From Macrostomum lignano (taxonomy: Eukaryota), in NCBI GenBank assembly GCA_002269645.1, contig NIVC01000136.1, forward strand, positions 124,001 through 188,000: a stretch of 64,000 nt of DNA, given 5' to 3'. This document shows positions 58,329 to 64,000 of the stretch, one piece after another. A program made the position numbers and the translations under genes. The number at the start of each line of letters is the position of its first letter. Position 1 is the first letter of the stretch. The notes under the pieces were generated by a model that saw only the letters and a program-made list of their open reading frames with translations, was not told the origin of the DNA and made no database searches.

Positions 58329-59998
58329 CTTTGTTCCTCTAAAGTACTAGCATACGTACGCTCGTAACAAAAACCCTGAATAAGTTATTTGAAAACGCAT
58401 GAGAATACGCCTTCGCCATATTACGAGTAATTGTGCCCTTTATTATGTACTGGAGCCAATATCTACATTTGATGCAGCCATTCACTGCAGACGCAAAAAC
58501 ATCGCTCAAATTAGAACCGTCAACGCGCATCTGCAGCGATCTGTCAATTTCTGGCAATCCGGAAAACTTGTCCAACGCCAGCTGCGCTGACTGGAAGCCC
58601 AGCGCAAGCTGCGCAACTATCCAATTAACTGCAAGAAGATCCAAAGATCCCCATTCCTAGAAATCCCCTCGAACAAGAAAGCCCTGAGCCTGCGGAATTG
58701 AAGCGCCTCTGCTGCAGGATGCCACCATCCAGAAAACAGCACCCAAGGGAATTTTGCAACAAACAGGTGATCGAACCTGGTACTGCTGCCACTGTTCAAC
58801 AAGATTCTTCCTGATTCTTCCTGCGATTTCACGCACAAAATCCGCACGGGGTTGCTTTGGGCTTAACAATTCAAACTTGAACTTGTGCAACTATTGATGG
58901 CAGTCATTCATGTTCAACTAAGCGAGAAGTGCCTCGCGCTCCGACATGATCCACGTGTTAAGCTGAAATGACACGGCCAGACAGGCTCAGAGCCGAATCG
59001 TCACGCCTCAGAGGAAAGCCGATATGTGTGTTGTTGGGGAAGCCTCATCAAAGCGGTCGCCTCCATCTGTATTCTCTGCATTCTCCTCTCCCGCGTGGCC
59101 CCTTCAAAGAACGCATGAATACCATCGACGGGCACTAATCTCTGTGAGAAAAGCCAGATTTCATTCATCCATGTGGGCGAATGATCTGGGCCAGAGAATC
59201 AGCCAGTGGTCAGTCTTTCACACGCCAACCTGCTGGTGACTGTTGGGAATTATTGAAGCCAGAAGTGCTGCGCTGCTTCTGATCAGAAATGATCACAGTT
59301 GCAGAAGTCCGTCTTGCGATGGGAGAAGGAAGATATGAAAATAATGAAAATAATGGAGGCAAGACAGGATTGGGATGGGACTAGAATGACATGAAGTTGA
59401 AGTACAATGATATTTGGGGATGAGATAGCATTTACACCGAGATAGAAGAGCTGAGAACAAAGGAACAGATGCGACTAAGATGCAAAGTGGATGTGGAAAG
59501 GCACTGCAAAGTTTTATGAGCGGAGGAACAGCAGACGCCTCTCGCCGCTGACTTTGCCAGCCATTTTTGCAGGGTGAGAGGCAATCAGCGCCTCGTGATG
59601 CAGCCTCTCCCCGTCATCGCCTCTCAGGTTGTGAAGTCAGGGAAATTCTGCAATACCCTATCCCTCAACTACGACGTATACGTAACCCAGTGCTGAAGAC
59701 AAACGTTCGTACGTACTGAATTGTACTTGTACTAAAACTGTCACCCAAACTGACTTTAGCCTAGCAAGTCAAACCTCACCCCGCCTGGACGGGAGCTACT
59801 ATAGCGTATATCGTGTTTATATATACTGCTGTTGGCAAGCCACTCCGTAGGCAAATAGAAAAGAATCTCTGAGTGTCATTTTCACAGCTGGTAGGGAAGG
59901 CAGAGTTTTACTGTTGATTAATTTATGTTGCACCTACGACTGCTCTGTGGTTGGTCGGCTTGAGCAATACAAGCTGGTGTGAGATTAGCTAGCATTGT

Positions 59999-62900
59999 GA
60001 GCTGGCTGACACACTGATCTTGGCGTTCTATGCTGACACACTGATCTTGGCGTTCTATGAGCTGACACACTCATCTTGGCGTTCTATGCTGACACACTCA
60101 TCTTGGCGTTCTATGCTGACACACTGATCTTGGCGTTCTATGCTGACACACTCATCTTGGCGTTCTATAAGCTGACACACTCATCTTGGCGTTCTATGAG
60201 CTGACACACTGATCTTGGCGTTCTATGCTGACACACTCATCTTGGCGTTCTATGCTGACACACTCATCTTGGCGTTCTATGCTGACACACTCATCTTGGC
60301 GTTCTATGAGCTGACACACTGATCTTGGCGTTCTATGAGCTGACACACTGATCTTGGCGTTCTATGCTGACACACTCATCTTGGCGTTCTATGCTGACAC
60401 ACTGATCTTGGCGTTCTATGCTGACACACTCATCTTGGCGTTCTTTAAGCTGACACACTCATCTTGGCGTTCTATGAGCTGACACACTGATCTTGGCGTT
60501 CTATGCTGACACACTCATCTTGGCGTTCTATGCTGACACACTCATCTTGGCGTTCTATGCTGACACACTCATCTTGGCGTTCTATGAGCTGACACACTGA
60601 TCTTGGCGTTCTATGAGCTGACACACTGATCTTGGCGTTCTATGCTGACACACTGATCTTGGCGTTCTATGAGCTGACACACTGATCTTGGCGTTCTATA
60701 AGCTGACACACTGATCTTGGCGTTCTATAAGCTGACACACTGATCTTGGCGTTCTATGAGCTGACACACCGATCTTGGCGTTCTATGAGCTGACACACTG
60801 ATCTTGGCGTTCTATGCTGACACACCGATCTTGGCGTTCTATGAGCTGACACACTGATCTTGGCGTTCTATGCTGACACACTGATCTTGGCGTTCTATAA
60901 GCTGACACACTCATCTTGGCGTTCTATGAGCTGACACACTGATCTTGGCGTTCTATGCTGACACACTCATCTTGGCGTTCTATGCTGACACACTCATCTT
61001 GGCGTTCTATGCTGACACACTGATCTTGGCGTTCTATGCTGACACACTCATCTTGGCGTTCTTTAAGCTGACACACTCATCTTGGCGTTCTATGAGCTGA
61101 CACACTGATCTTGGCGTTCTATAAGCTGACACACTGATCTTGGCGTTCTATGAGCTGACACACCGATCTTGGCGTTCTATGAGCTGACACACTGATTTTG
61201 GCGTTCTATGCTGACACACTGATCTTGGCGTTCTATGAGCTGACACACTGATCTTGGCGTTCTATGAGCTGACACACTGATCTTGGCGTTCTATGCTGAC
61301 ACACTGATCTTGGCGTTCTATGAGCTGACACACTGATCTTGGCGTTCTATGCTGACACACTCATCTTGGCGTTCTATGCTGACACACTCATCTTGGCGTT
61401 CTATGCTGACACACTGATCTTGGCGTTCTATGCTGACACACTCATCTTGGCGTTCTTTAAGCTGACACACTCATCTTGGCGTTCTATGAGCTGACACACT
61501 GATCTTGGCGTTCTATGCTGACACACTGATCTTGGCGTTCTATGCTGACACACTCATCTTGGCGTTCTATGCTGACACACTCATCTTGGCGTTCTATGAG
61601 CTGACACACTGATCTTGGCGTTCTATGAGCTGACACACTGATCTTGGCGTTCTATGCTGACACACTGATCTTGGCGTTCTATGCTGACACACTGATCTTG
61701 GCGTTCTATGCTGACACACTGATTCTGGCGTTCTATGCTGACACACTGATCTTGGCGTTCTATGCTGACACACTCATCTTGGCGTACTATAAGCTGACAC
61801 ACTCATCTTGGCGTTCTATGAGCTGACACACTGATCTTGGCGTTCTATGCTGACACACTCATCTTGGCGTTCTATGCTGACACACTCATCTTGGCGTTCT
61901 ATGCTGACACACTCATCTTGGCGTTCTATGAGCTGACACACTGATCTTGGCGTTCTATGCTGACACACTGATCTTGGCGTTCTATGCTGACACACTGATC
62001 TTGGCGTTCTATGCTGACACACTCATCTTGCGTTCTATAAGCTGACACACTCATCTTGGCGTTCTATGAGCTGACACACTGATCTTGGCGTTCTATGCTG
62101 ACACACTCATCTTGGCGTTCTATGCTGACACACTCATCTTGGCGTTCTATGCTGACACACTCATCTTGGCGTTCTATGAGCTGACACACTGATCTTGGCG
62201 TTCTATGAGCTGACACACTGATCTTGGCGTTCTATGCTGACACACTGATCTTGGCGTTCTATGAGCTGACACACTGATCTTGGCGTTCTATAAGCTGACA
62301 CACTGATCTTGGCGTTCTATAAGCTGACACACCGATCTTGGCGTTCTATGAGCTGACACACCGATCTTGGCGTTCTATGAGCTGACACACTGATCTTGGC
62401 GTTCTATGCTGACACACTGATCTTGGCGTTCTATAAGCTGACACACTCATCTTGGCGTTCTATGAGCTGACACACTGATCTTGGCGTTCTATGCTGACAC
62501 ACTCATCTTGGCGTTCTATGCTGACACACTCATCTTGGCGTTCTATGCTGACACACTGATCTTGGCGTTCTATGCTGACACACTCATCTTGGCGTTCTTT
62601 AAGCTGACACACTCATCTTGGCGTTCTATGAGCTGACACACTGATCTTGGCGTTCTATGCTGACACACTCATCTTGGCGTTCTATGCTGACACACTCATC
62701 TTGGCGTTCTATGCTGACACACTCATCTTGGCGTTCTATGAGCTGACACACTGATCTTGGCGTTCTATGAGCTGACACACTGATCTTGGCGTTCTATAAG
62801 CTGACACACTGATATTGGCTTTCTATAAGCTGACACACTGATCTTGGCGTTCTATGAGCTGACACACCGATCTTGGCGTTCTATGAGCTGACACACTGAT

Positions 62901-63500
62901 TTTGGCGTTCTATGCTGACACACTGATCTTGGCGTTCTATGAGCTGACACACCGATCTTGGCGTTCTATGAGCTGACACACTGATCTTGGCGTTCTATGA
63001 GCTGACACACTGATCTTGGCGTTCTATGCTGACACACTGATCTTGGCGTTCTAGGCTGACACATTGATCTTGGCGTTCTATGAGCTGACACACTGATCTT
63101 GGCGTTCTATGAGCTGACACACTGATCTTGGCGTTCTATGAGCTGACACACTGATCTTGGCGTTCTATGAGCTGACACACTGATCTTGGCGTTCTATGAG
63201 CTGACACACTGATCTTGGCGTTCTATGAGCTGACACACTGATCTTGGCGTTCTATGCTGACACACTGATCTTGGCGTTCTATGAGCTGACACACTGATCT
63301 TGGCGTTCTATGAGCTGACACACTGATCTTGGCGTTCTATGCTGACACACTCATCTTGGCGTTCTATGAGCTGACACACTGATCTTGGCGTTCTATGAGC
63401 TGACACATTGATCTTGGCGTTCTATGAGCTGACACACTGATCTTGGCGTTCTATGAGCTGACACATTGATCTTGGCGTTCTATGAGCTGACACACTAATC
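59999..63500. repeat. 27/29-bp minisatellite gctgacacactsatcttggcgttctat(ga), about 3.5 kb
   Basis: About 125 units of two lengths interspersed. Confidence 0.97.
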
Positions 63501-64000
63501 CTGACATCAGAATGGTCGTAAAGTTAATTATGATAAATCTAAGCGTTAACGCAGACACGTTAAAGTACATCAAGTACGCTTAAGTCTCACGCGCCAGCAA
63601 ATTCTTTAGCTCGGAGACGGCCAGTCGGACAATCTCAAGCGAATCCTATTAATGCTTTGCTGCTATAATACTCGTATGTTCACTAATAAGTTCACGGGGT
63701 TCACTTCCATGCTCCAGTGGGCACTCCACTGTAATTAAGTTTTTTAGCTCTTTATAGTCGGCCCAAACGCGAGACAGAAGTACATTTTTTATCTTCACAA
63801 AGCCTACGCGCCATAAAGGACCTCCTTCCTTGCAGTCTGTCAGATTGAAAAATTCCCAACCGGCATCGGGGTCAAAGACGGGAAGACTCGTCGGATTTGG
63901 AAATTCCCCCAATTTTCAAGTCTGGATTATGAGAGGATTAAGAATGGACGAAAAAATCTAGATAAGAAGAGCTGGGGACGAGAATTCTCTCGCCCAGGCA

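Overview
This is eukaryotic (metazoan) genomic DNA, not prokaryotic. One large minus-strand spliced gene of the MPDZ/PATJ (MUPP1/InaD-like) multi-PDZ scaffold family dominates the window. I traced 24 GT-AG-bounded, phase-compatible coding exons by hand from 44904 down to the window edge at 1 (about 6.29 kb, about 2,096 codons). They encode 11 PDZ domains that correspond in order to MPDZ PDZ2-PDZ12. The gene continues beyond position 1, and no L27 or PDZ1 exon was found inside the window. Candidate extras are two alternative first exons (49202-49627 and 11946-12026), a candidate alternative last exon (5215-5337) and two tandem AKAP-like amphipathic helices in the PDZ5-PDZ6 linker. About 23 kb (roughly a third of the window, summed from my boundary estimates) is micro- or minisatellite DNA in about 30 arrays of many different unit types, often abutting splice sites. 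A TA-flanked mariner-type MITE, a TIR-bounded element carrying an internal minisatellite and tRNA-derived SINE heads are also present. The GC-rich exons and minisatellite-laden introns resemble the flatworm Macrostomum, but that assignment is inference. I found no CRISPR array, operon or defence system. Most long ORFs in the supplied track are repeat artefacts.
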